IMG/VR virus record: IMGVR_UViG_2894097338_000001
Span: 1-64,000 of that record
Strand: one strand, 5' to 3'
Length of the DNA: 64,000 bases
DNA from: a virus
Taxonomy: Duplodnaviria > Caudoviricetes
Below are positions 8,580 to 17,204 of this stretch, in pieces. The stretch's first letter is position 1, and each line of letters begins with the position of its first letter. The position numbers and the translations under genes were made by a program. The notes under the pieces were generated by a model, which saw nothing but the letters and a program-made list of their open reading frames with translations, did not search any database and was not told the DNA's origin.

Positions 8580-10952
8580 ATGACTAGAGTAATATCTAGA
8601 GGAGAAATGACCATTGCAAATATTAGCGATGGTCGTGACTCTTATCTACATAGAGCGTGGTCTAATTCTAGTGATGGAGGATTGGACTTTACAACAAAGT
8701 TTGTTGAAGATATGCGTTTTATTGGTACATATGTTAGTGACAATGAAAAACAAAGCAACAATCCAAAGGACTATGATTGGACTCCTTTATTCGATAATGT
8801 TGTTGTCGGGGGAAGAAACCTTTTTATAAGATCAACAGCTACTGAGCAGTTTTTGAATACAAATAACATTCCAGGAACAGGTGATGAGCAAAATCTTCTA
8901 TCTGACTTTATACAAGTTGACGAATCGACCAGTTATATCTATCAGATATGGACGAAGATAGATGGCAAACTACTTCAAAACTGGAGCGCATGGACTTTCT
9001 ATGACAAGGATAAAAAACCAATAGGTGCTAGAAATTCTAAATACTATGGAAATACTCCTAAAGATAGTGAGACATATGATTCGATTGTAATAAAAACTCC
9101 AGAAAATGCGAAGTATATAAGAATTGGATCAAGATACTTAAAAAATGGAAAGTTTAAATTTGAGAAAGGTAATGTTCCTACCGATTGGTCTCCTGCACCA
9201 GAGGATATGGCAACCAATGACGATTTTAAAGACACATCTACAAAAATCAGTAAATTGGAGCAAGACTCAACAGGTTTCAAGCAAACAGTCGCAGAGGTTT
9301 CAAGCAAAGTTGACGGTATGGAGATAGGTTCAGTCAACCTAATTTCAGATAGCGATAAGGAATGGACAGGTTATAGTAGAGAGTTTTTTACAACTTTTGA
9401 CTTAGCTCCTATTTTTGAAAAATATGGATTAGACAAAACGTACTCGTTGTCTTTGGATCTTAAATCGAAAAATACATCAAAGACGAATGTAATTCAAGTA
9501 TACATGCAAAATGGAAGTGGAACCAAATATAGCTTTGTAAATAAAACAGTTTCAGTAACTGAAAGTTACAAGCGATATAAGTTTGAATCGTTAAAGCCAT
9601 TAATTAGCAAAAAAGATGAAACGAAAGCTCTACTTGCATTCTACGGTACATATGATACTGGAAATATGCCTGTTGTAAAGAACATAAAGCTAGAAATAGG
9701 TACAAAATCGACAGACTGGACGCCAGCCATTGATGACATGGCAACGCAAAATTCTCTATCTGAATCGAATAAAAAGATATCATCATTAGAACAGACTGCT
9801 AACGGTTTTAAGCAAGAAGTTGAACAGGTAAAAAAAGATAATCAAGCAAATAAAACTCAAATTGAACAAACGGCCAAAGAAGTTACAAGCAAACTTTCAA
9901 GTGTCGAGAAGAAAGTCGATGGTATTGAAATTGGTGCTACAAACTTAATACTAGACTCAACGGGCAGACATATTGGTTTATATGGGTTCAATGGTGGATG
10001 GGATAAAACTGAGAATGTTACTGTTGATGAGTGGAAAACTAAAAAAGCCCATGGCTTTAAAGGTAAGGGATCAACTAAACAAATTTTTGCAACTTTTAAC
10101 ACAAACAAGGGTGATCCTGAAAAAGTTACAAAGAATGGTGTTTCCTATGTACATTCCATATACATCAAGAACAATCATGAAAAAAACAACCTCATCCTTT
10201 CAAATAACATGGGAAACAATGTTTGGGTTAAACCAAAGGAAATAAAAAGAGTTGTTATCTATGGGACAGGTACTGGTGGAGCTCATCTGCAGTTAAACTT
10301 TATGACTGACAAGGCAGGGGATGAGATTGACTTTGTTTATTTCAAGCCAATGATTGCAGAGGGGACAGTTGTTTCTGACTGGCATCCAGCACCAGAGGAC
10401 GTGTTAAATGAAATAGACGTTTTAAGAAAAGATGTCGAATTTAAGCTAACACCAGATGAAATTTACGGTATGGTTTCTAGCTCATCTGAATACCAGGAAT
10501 ACATGAGTGACATGGCCACCAGCGAAGAGTTCGATGAAGCCAGGTCGGAATTAGATAAACTACATGATGTTATGGACGGAGAAAATGGCCTAGTAACAAG
10601 GTTCGGTAAGTTTGAACAAACGACGAATGAATTTGGAGTTACCCTTGGTGATATTGTTCAGCAGGTCGGAAGCAATAATAAAGAGATTGAAGACATGCTT
10701 CATTTCATGACATTTAAACGTGGAGAGAAACCTAATGACGCTTTTATGAGTATAGGATCAAGCGCTGACTCAATGGAGGTAAGAATTGGTAGAGGTAAAA
10801 TATCATTCTTTGATGGTGGTGTAGAAGTTGCTTACTTCTCAAAACAACAGTTGTATATCAAAAAAGGTATTATGACAGACTCGTTCCAGGTTGGATCTCA
10901 CATATTCGAAAACAAAGGTAACGGAAGTACAGTTTTAACATTCTCTGAATAG
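8580..10952 (+). CDS. Tail fibre/host-specificity protein with three variable CBM-like domains
   Basis: 790 aa; repeated (G/I)G..NL...S and DW.PA..D motifs flank three domains; C-terminal gp58-like region. Confidence 0.75.
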   Translation: MTRVISRGEMTIANISDGRDSYLHRAWSNSSDGGLDFTTKFVEDMRFIGTYVSDNEKQSNNPKDYDWTPLFDNVVVGGRNLFIRSTATEQFLNTNNIPGTGDEQNLLSDFIQVDESTSYIYQIWTKIDGKLLQNWSAWTFYDKDKKPIGARNSKYYGNTPKDSETYDSIVIKTPENAKYIRIGSRYLKNGKFKFEKGNVPTDWSPAPEDMATNDDFKDTSTKISKLEQDSTGFKQTVAEVSSKVDGMEIGSVNLISDSDKEWTGYSREFFTTFDLAPIFEKYGLDKTYSLSLDLKSKNTSKTNVIQVYMQNGSGTKYSFVNKTVSVTESYKRYKFESLKPLISKKDETKALLAFYGTYDTGNMPVVKNIKLEIGTKSTDWTPAIDDMATQNSLSESNKKISSLEQTANGFKQEVEQVKKDNQANKTQIEQTAKEVTSKLSSVEKKVDGIEIGATNLILDSTGRHIGLYGFNGGWDKTENVTVDEWKTKKAHGFKGKGSTKQIFATFNTNKGDPEKVTKNGVSYVHSIYIKNNHEKNNLILSNNMGNNVWVKPKEIKRVVIYGTGTGGAHLQLNFMTDKAGDEIDFVYFKPMIAEGTVVSDWHPAPEDVLNEIDVLRKDVEFKLTPDEIYGMVSSSSEYQEYMSDMATSEEFDEARSELDKLHDVMDGENGLVTRFGKFEQTTNEFGVTLGDIVQQVGSNNKEIEDMLHFMTFKRGEKPNDAFMSIGSSADSMEVRIGRGKISFFDGGVEVAYFSKQQLYIKKGIMTDSFQVGSHIFENKGNGSTVLTFSE

Positions 10953-10992
10953 ATTAATTAGAATTTAGATAAAATAAAAGGAGAGATATAAT

Positions 10993-13017
10993 TTGGCTTT
11001 AAGTGGAGTTATAAATGGAACATTTAGTGGAACGGCAGCTACTAATGTGAAACCAGTATTAGAGTGGAAGGCAACGCAAAATATTTCCAATAATACATCT
11101 GCCGTAACAGTCTCTTTAGTTTTTATAAAATCAAATAGCTACTGGTATCCATACAACTTAGGAGGACATAATGTCGCTATTACTATAAATGGTAATAACG
11201 CAACATCTAGTAGAGCTATTGATATGAGAAATACAAGTAGACAAGTAATATGGAGCAGAACTGTTACAGTCCCCCATAATGCGGACGGAACAAAAAGCTT
11301 GAATATTGGTGGGTCTGGCTCAACTGGTATCAACCTTGGGAGTTACAATGTAAATGGAAGTATTACTCTAAATACTATCCCCAGAAGTTCTAGTATGTCT
11401 GTCTCACCAACCTCTCTTAATTTTGGTGAGACTGTTAAATTCAATATTTCTAGAGCAAGTGGATCGTTCACCCACTTAATTAATTATAATATCAACGGTA
11501 CTAGTGGTAATGCAGTAGCCAAAACGAATAGCACGACTCCAACATGGACTATACCGCTAGACTTGATGAAGCATTGCACCACAGCAACATCTATAAACGT
11601 AACGCTGTGGCTAGATACATATAACGGAAACTCAAAGATAGGTGTTAAACAATACTCTGTAAAAGTAAATATTCCAGCATCTGTTACTCCAACAATCTCT
11701 CTATTCTCTACAGTTGAGAAGAATACAAAAATTTCAACACTTGGATTAGCTGCTAACAATTTTCTACAGGGTAACTCTCAGATAGAATGCACTAGTAGCG
11801 CCTCCTCTCAATATGGAGCGTCTATTGTTAAATCTACAATCGATATAACTGGTTTTTCTAGTATTAACAGTGGGAATACAGTAGTGAACTTAGCTGGAAT
11901 GACTGGACAAGTTGGTGCAAAAACAGCCAAGCTAACTGTAACAGACTCAAGGGGGAGAACAGCTGAATCTAGTAAGGAAATTACAATTCATGCATATGAG
12001 CCACCTAAGATTAACAGCTTCAACGCAGAGAGAAAAGGTACAAATATAGTAGTTACTAAGTCATGTACATACTCTGAAGTTGGATCAAATACCATTTCTT
12101 ACTCGCTAACAAGAACTGGTGGGGCGACTGGCAGCGTAGGAGATATAACACATGATACAAATACATATACATTTGGTGGATATGCAGTAGATAAATCATA
12201 TGAGATTACAATGGAGATATCCGATAAGTTAAATAGCGCGTCTGGAATTGTCATTGTCGGAACTGATAAACAACTAATGCATATTGATCGAGATAATGGG
12301 ATAGGGATCGGAAAGTATAGAGAGAACGGGATACTAGATGTGTCTGGCGATGTTTATATTGATGGAAAATTAAATCTGTCAAATGGATTCGAGTCAGTAT
12401 ACATTCCATCAAATTCAGATTTGGATAACTATAACAATGTAGGTTTTTACTATAATCCATCAAATGCGGAGGCTAAAACTATAAAAAATACTCCAGAAAA
12501 TTGGTCATTCTCACTGCTAGTAGAAAAACATGCTGGGGTAAGGCAAACACTTTCTATTTATCATGATGAGTTTCCAAGAACTTATGTTAGAAATTTCTAC
12601 GAAGGTGTCTGGGGGAAATGGAGACATCTTGGAGGATTTTACAAACAGGAAGAGATAGAGCCAGCGTCTGGATTCACGAAATACGGCACTGGAAGTGGAT
12701 CTAGCAACACTCCTTTGGTGATTAGAATGGGGAGTGTTGTAATGTTAACTGGAGCCTTTTCAAATACATCCGTAATAAATGGGAATAACACTATAAAAAT
12801 GGGGACAATACCGAAATGGGCTCGCCCAGATGGAAATATAATTGCCAGAAGCAAAAACCAGGCGTCTGGAGGCAACAGCCATTGGGTAGCTGTCGGATCT
12901 GATGGAACTATTAGCACTTCGAGGCATGGTTCTTCTGGCCAGTGGACTAATGCGAATGTTGGATCTTATTTAACCATAGATATGATGTATCTTGTAGAAA
13001 ATTCTGATAGTTATTAG
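10993..13017 (+). CDS. DUF859-like siphophage minor structural/receptor-binding protein with pyocin-knob-like C-terminus
   Basis: 674 aa; V.V.HNADGTKS, L.TIPR.S, TDSRGRT motifs; DLDNY...G.Y and YVRN..G.W..W region. Confidence 0.75.
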   Translation: MALSGVINGTFSGTAATNVKPVLEWKATQNISNNTSAVTVSLVFIKSNSYWYPYNLGGHNVAITINGNNATSSRAIDMRNTSRQVIWSRTVTVPHNADGTKSLNIGGSGSTGINLGSYNVNGSITLNTIPRSSSMSVSPTSLNFGETVKFNISRASGSFTHLINYNINGTSGNAVAKTNSTTPTWTIPLDLMKHCTTATSINVTLWLDTYNGNSKIGVKQYSVKVNIPASVTPTISLFSTVEKNTKISTLGLAANNFLQGNSQIECTSSASSQYGASIVKSTIDITGFSSINSGNTVVNLAGMTGQVGAKTAKLTVTDSRGRTAESSKEITIHAYEPPKINSFNAERKGTNIVVTKSCTYSEVGSNTISYSLTRTGGATGSVGDITHDTNTYTFGGYAVDKSYEITMEISDKLNSASGIVIVGTDKQLMHIDRDNGIGIGKYRENGILDVSGDVYIDGKLNLSNGFESVYIPSNSDLDNYNNVGFYYNPSNAEAKTIKNTPENWSFSLLVEKHAGVRQTLSIYHDEFPRTYVRNFYEGVWGKWRHLGGFYKQEEIEPASGFTKYGTGSGSSNTPLVIRMGSVVMLTGAFSNTSVINGNNTIKMGTIPKWARPDGNIIARSKNQASGGNSHWVAVGSDGTISTSRHGSSGQWTNANVGSYLTIDMMYLVENSDSY

Positions 13018-13033
13018 AAAAGGGAGTGTTTAT

Positions 13034-13453
13034 ATGAATGGACTGATCGAAATTAAAGGGGATGACTTTACTAGAATATTTCTTGAAGAAATGTACGAAT
13101 CTCAAAAAAATGGAGCGTTAAGCGAGTTTGTCCTAGTAAACAGAATAGCATTTTTAAAAAATATTATAGATGATAGCCATATTGAATTTGATAAAATAAT
13201 TGAAATATCAAGTCATCTTTCAGAAATTGACGACAAAGACTCTTATGAGGTTTTTATAGCAGACTTCTTGCTTGGTAAAGAGATAAACGTTGAAAAATAT
13301 ATCAAAAAAGAAGAAAGCGTAAATGTTTTAGATGAAATAGAAAACTTAAAAGAAAGATTGAGAGTGGCGTCAATAGAAAATAAAGATTTGGAGAATCAAG
13401 TCAAGCAATCTCAAGAGCTAGTAATGGAAGCAATTGATTTGATATTATCATAA
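13034..13453 (+). CDS. Fibre-associated acidic/coiled-coil protein (XkdW-like position)
   Basis: 139 aa; stop codon coincides with the IS110 junction. Confidence 0.6.
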   Translation: MNGLIEIKGDDFTRIFLEEMYESQKNGALSEFVLVNRIAFLKNIIDDSHIEFDKIIEISSHLSEIDDKDSYEVFIADFLLGKEINVEKYIKKEESVNVLDEIENLKERLRVASIENKDLENQVKQSQELVMEAIDLILS

Positions 13454-13558
13454 AACAAAGCTAGCTATTAAATAGTCAAGTGAAAGTTATTAAATACTTT
13501 TTGATTTTGATATTTATTTTTAAGCAACTTAAATAAACCTAAAAATAATAGAAAAAAA

Positions 13559-14776
13559 TTAATTTACATCTATATTTTTAGGTAAATGAACTTCATAAGG
13601 CTTGTTTTGAGTCCAAACAGCAAAAATGATGTTAACCATTTTTCTTGAAACAGCACCAACTGCAGTACCATGTGATTTACCACGTTGTTTTAATTTTTGG
13701 TAATAGATGGATAAAGCAGGGTCATGAAACGCTGCAATAAAAGCAGCTTGCCAAATGGCTCGCCTAAGATAGGGAGACCCACGTTTAGACAGTTTGTTTT
13801 TAGTTCCTGTGAAATCACCAGATTGATGAACTGAGGCGTCTAAACCGGCAAAAGCAAGTAATTGACTAGGTTTTTTGAAACGATTGATATCTCCAATTTC
13901 GCCCATAATCACTGCAGCTGTAATGTCACCAATTCCAGTAATTGTAGTTAAGTAATTGTCCTGTGTTGCAATAATTTCATGGATTTCAGATTCAATTTGG
14001 ATAATTTGCCGTTCAATTAATCTAATCTGTTCCAGCATTATCTGAATCTCAAGTTTAAAGACGTCTGCAGCAATTGAAATTCCAAAGGAATTAGAAGCAA
14101 GTTCTTTAAGTTTCATTACTTTCTTTTCAGAACGCTCTATGCCAAACCTCTTTTTACTCGCTAGATGAATTGTTTCAATTAACAACTCAGTATCTAGTTG
14201 AAGAATATCTTCAGGTAATGGCGAATTTAGAAGGATTTCAGTGGAAGACGAACCAAAAATATCAGAAAAAATCTTTTCATATTCTGGAAAAACTTGATCT
14301 AAGCAAGTAATAATTTTTCTCTTTAAGTCAGATGAACTATCTACCAAACTATATCGGAAACGCTCCAGTTGTTTTAAACGAAAGATGTCTTCCGTAGGTA
14401 AAGACGTTTTCTCAGGCAAATCCATTCTAATTACTTGAGCAATCAGTACAGCATCAATGGCATCAGTTTTAGTTTTTCTGATATAAAAATCTCGAAGAAC
14501 ATCTGATTGAATAGGATTAAAAGCAGTTACTGAAAAATCTAAGTCATTTAAAAAAGAATAAATAGCTAACCAATAATGACCTGTGGCTTCCATTCCAATC
14601 ATTGCATTATCAACATTAACATCGTGTTTATTAAAGAAATTAAGAAGTTCCAGACTCCCTTTTTTAGTATTTGTAATTCTTAATGTTTTACCAATAGGGG
14701 ATCCTTTTTCATCAACTAAAGCAACTTCATGATTTCTTTTACCAATGTCAATACCAACAAAGAACATAAAAATCAA
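13559..14776 (-). CDS. IS110 transposase/recombinase (DEDD RuvC-like + Tnp20)
   Basis: GIDIGK, MEATGHYW, KTDAIDA, GIG..TAA..GEIGDI.RF, AGL..SVHQSG, SKRGSPYLR motifs intact. Confidence 0.95.
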   Translation of the reverse strand: MIFMFFVGIDIGKRNHEVALVDEKGSPIGKTLRITNTKKGSLELLNFFNKHDVNVDNAMIGMEATGHYWLAIYSFLNDLDFSVTAFNPIQSDVLRDFYIRKTKTDAIDAVLIAQVIRMDLPEKTSLPTEDIFRLKQLERFRYSLVDSSSDLKRKIITCLDQVFPEYEKIFSDIFGSSSTEILLNSPLPEDILQLDTELLIETIHLASKKRFGIERSEKKVMKLKELASNSFGISIAADVFKLEIQIMLEQIRLIERQIIQIESEIHEIIATQDNYLTTITGIGDITAAVIMGEIGDINRFKKPSQLLAFAGLDASVHQSGDFTGTKNKLSKRGSPYLRRAIWQAAFIAAFHDPALSIYYQKLKQRGKSHGTAVGAVSRKMVNIIFAVWTQNKPYEVHLPKNIDVN

Positions 14777-14794
14777 TTCCTTTCATTAGGATTT

Positions 14795-14962
14795 GTCAGA
14801 TAGTAAGCTACCCTCTATGACTCTTGGACGACATAGCCTCGTTAGATATTCAGAAACGTTGTTCTATCTAGCTCATACATGTACTAGTCTCAAGAGTAGA
14901 GGCATCAATCTTTCGAAGGAAGACAGGGCTTCAAGGAGGTGACGGATGACCTCTATCTGCTT
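14795..14962 (-). ncRNA. Candidate IS110 bridge/seek RNA
   Basis: Non-coding region upstream of transposase folds by eye: CAGATAG/CTATCTG outer stem, TAGAGG-CATC/GATG-CCTCTA arm whose loop has TCACCTCCTTG, CTCTTG/CAAGAG arm with TAGATA/TATCTA inner stem. Confidence 0.65.
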
Positions 14963-15047
14963 AATACAATTCTAAAACACAAAGTGATTTGAATATACAT
15001 AGAATCAAAAAATGATTCTAATAATACTATACGAGGAGGTGAAATAA

Positions 15048-15212
15048 ATGGATAGAAAAGGAAACATGGAAAGATTTCCAAATCTTATAATGATGTACGC
15101 AGACCACGTAATGAGGGGGACAAGATCTATAGATAGCGTACCAGAAAAGATTAGAGAAGACGTATCTTTTGTTGTCGAAGAGGCAACAAAAAAGCAAGCA
15201 AGCGAGTTTTAG
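15048..15212 (+). CDS. Small fibre-associated protein (CD1375/XkdX-like, 54 aa, not in ORF track)
   Basis: GAGGAGGTGA RBS; ..YADHVMRGTRSIDSVPEKIREDV.. pattern. Confidence 0.75.
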   Translation: MDRKGNMERFPNLIMMYADHVMRGTRSIDSVPEKIREDVSFVVEEATKKQASEF

Positions 15213-15326
15213 TATATGCAATAACTTTCGCTATAGGTTTAATTACAGGAATTACATTTATGATTTAGTCTTTTAGTATATAGCGAAAAGTATTTTAGTA
15301 AAAGGGATCTTCTAAGGGAGATAGAA

Positions 15327-15812
15327 ATGTACGGAATGGTTAGTAAATTAATAATTGGAACTATCCAAAAGATGTCTACATTGACATTTTTTGACCATTT
15401 AATTGTTTTTGGTATAAGTATATCAAGTCTATTAATAGGAAGTTGGACTGATGCTATGAGCCTGTTAATTTTGTTACAATTGATAGATGTTGCAACTGGG
15501 TTAACAAAGGGTAAGAGAGGAAGAAAGCTGTCTTCAAGTGAGTTAAAAAAAGGTGCTAAGTCTAAGTTCGGAGGATGGCTATATATTATAGTAGGTAATG
15601 CAATAGACGGCCTTCTAACATTCGGCACCCCAGTTGCAAAAACATTCGTTGTATCATACTTAATTGTTATGGAATTAATGAGTATTGTTGAGAATGCAGA
15701 AGAGCTTGGGGCACCAGGAGCACCAAAATTTATCACAAAATACCTAGACAGTGCCAAGAGCCAGTTAGATAATGGCAAGAATCCTAATGAAAAAGATTCG
15801 GATACAAAATAA
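15327..15812 (+). CDS. Holin (phage holin family 4-like)
   Basis: Three hydrophobic segments, LIDVATG..K, ELMSIVENAEELG motif. Confidence 0.85.
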   Translation: MYGMVSKLIIGTIQKMSTLTFFDHLIVFGISISSLLIGSWTDAMSLLILLQLIDVATGLTKGKRGRKLSSSELKKGAKSKFGGWLYIIVGNAIDGLLTFGTPVAKTFVVSYLIVMELMSIVENAEELGAPGAPKFITKYLDSAKSQLDNGKNPNEKDSDTK

Positions 15813-15816
15813 ATTA

Positions 15817-15854
15817 GCATAAGTATTGACAACATAATATTTTTGGTATAGTAT
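15817..15854 (+). promoter_or_regulatory. Sigma-A-like promoter containing 17-bp phage element
   Basis: GCATAAGTATTGACAAC then TG-N-TATAGT (15847) or TAGTAT (15849). Confidence 0.7.
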
Positions 15855-15943
15855 TATGTTATGGGCGATAAAGAAGAGAGATATTGCGTCTTTCTTCTTT
15901 TTCTAAAAGCCATAACTAATTACAACATAGGAGTGAGAGAAGA

Positions 15944-16690
15944 ATGGTACAATTTAAAACACTTCGCAATGGCGAAGGGGAGGAAAGACGAGTTCGTGAG
16001 GTGTGCTCATCTGGAAATATGTCGGTCATTGTTTATGAGCCGAGCAAAGAAGATGTGAATACACTTTTACGTATGCAGGAGGATATGATCGAAACAGATT
16101 CTAGTGGTGAGGTTAAAATCAAGGTTGGTGAGTCACAAATGATTCGAGAAATCTATCCACTTTTAACAGATTTAGAAGGATTTGAAGACTTGACTGATGA
16201 GGAGATTGAGGACATCACAGATAATCCATCAATTGCTTTAATCCAGGCGACATCTGTAATTACTCAGATTATTCTGGAAGTTTATAAAATAACGATTTTA
16301 TCAGTTCGTCAACAAATGGTAGAACAGGATTTCGAATTTGAGACATTCCGTTTCAATCAACATGCAGCACAAAAAATTATGACAACTGTTTCAGCTCTCG
16401 ACGGAATTGATGGAATCGAGAAGCGAACGAAAGAAGCAGAAAAGGAGTTAGATGAATTATCAGCTCGACGTCACGAAAAAGAAATGGCAAAAATCTTTGA
16501 AGAGACACAGGGATTTTTAGAAATTGAAGAAGCATCAAATGCCGCTAAAAAGTCGGAGGGGACAACGACAGAAAAGAAAATCACTTCAAGCGTACCAATG
16601 ACAGCACCATTAAGTCCTGGTGATGAAACTCCAGAGGACGTTATCAAACGAATGAACAAAACGTTTGATATCAACGTGAATAACGACTAA
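15944..16690 (+). CDS. Probable tail assembly chaperone
   Basis: 248 aa acidic helical protein upstream of tape measure. Confidence 0.5.
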   Translation: MVQFKTLRNGEGEERRVREVCSSGNMSVIVYEPSKEDVNTLLRMQEDMIETDSSGEVKIKVGESQMIREIYPLLTDLEGFEDLTDEEIEDITDNPSIALIQATSVITQIILEVYKITILSVRQQMVEQDFEFETFRFNQHAAQKIMTTVSALDGIDGIEKRTKEAEKELDELSARRHEKEMAKIFEETQGFLEIEEASNAAKKSEGTTTEKKITSSVPMTAPLSPGDETPEDVIKRMNKTFDINVNND

Positions 16691-17187
16691 TGAATGTAAT
16701 GTCGGTCGGCGAACTTCATGCTCAATTAGCTGGTGATATTGCATCGGCGGTTGAGGGTGAAGTTAAGGCTTACTGTGAACAGGTTTTAAGAAAACACATA
16801 ATGAGAAGTGTATATAGCGGTGGCGGATCTCAGTATTACAATCGTACATATCAGTTCTTAAATGCGGTAGAGGTTACTGACGTCCATAAGAGTGGATCAT
16901 CGGTGAGCTTTAAAATAACCATAAACTCGTCAAAGATGGGGATAGCCAGCTCGTTAGGTAAAGGATTTAACGTGCATATGGGTTTTCCATCAAGAGGTGG
17001 AGGAATGGGAGCAAATATGACTGATGGTTTGGCCGAAGTGTTAAACGACGGTATTACAAGTAGGATTGTACCACGGAGAAAAGCTGCAAGATTCTTTGAG
17101 AGTGCTACATCTGAATTAGATGGATCACTAGCTGGAAAACTTGCTGGTGCTTTGAGGGCAAGAGGTTGGGAAGCTCGTGTAATTTAA
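16690..17187 (+). CDS. HK97 gp10-like tail completion protein
   Basis: 165 aa; Y.RT..F.N and PR..ARFFE motifs. Confidence 0.55.
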   Translation: MNVMSVGELHAQLAGDIASAVEGEVKAYCEQVLRKHIMRSVYSGGGSQYYNRTYQFLNAVEVTDVHKSGSSVSFKITINSSKMGIASSLGKGFNVHMGFPSRGGGMGANMTDGLAEVLNDGITSRIVPRRKAARFFESATSELDGSLAGKLAGALRARGWEARVI

Positions 17188-17204
17188 TATAAGGAGCGAT
17201 TACA

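Larger units (their letters stand above)
13453..15032 (-). mobile_element. IS110-family insertion sequence (~1.58 kb)
   Basis: DEDD transposase opposite to the late operon; no terminal IRs; removing it rejoins the operon at a short shared core (ATA 13450-52/15029-31 or AC 13455-56/15031-32). Confidence 0.9.

Noticed and set aside
15944-17187. Programmed frameshift in the tail assembly chaperone
   Set aside because: No convincing slippery heptamer near the 3' end; the next gene has its own coupled start
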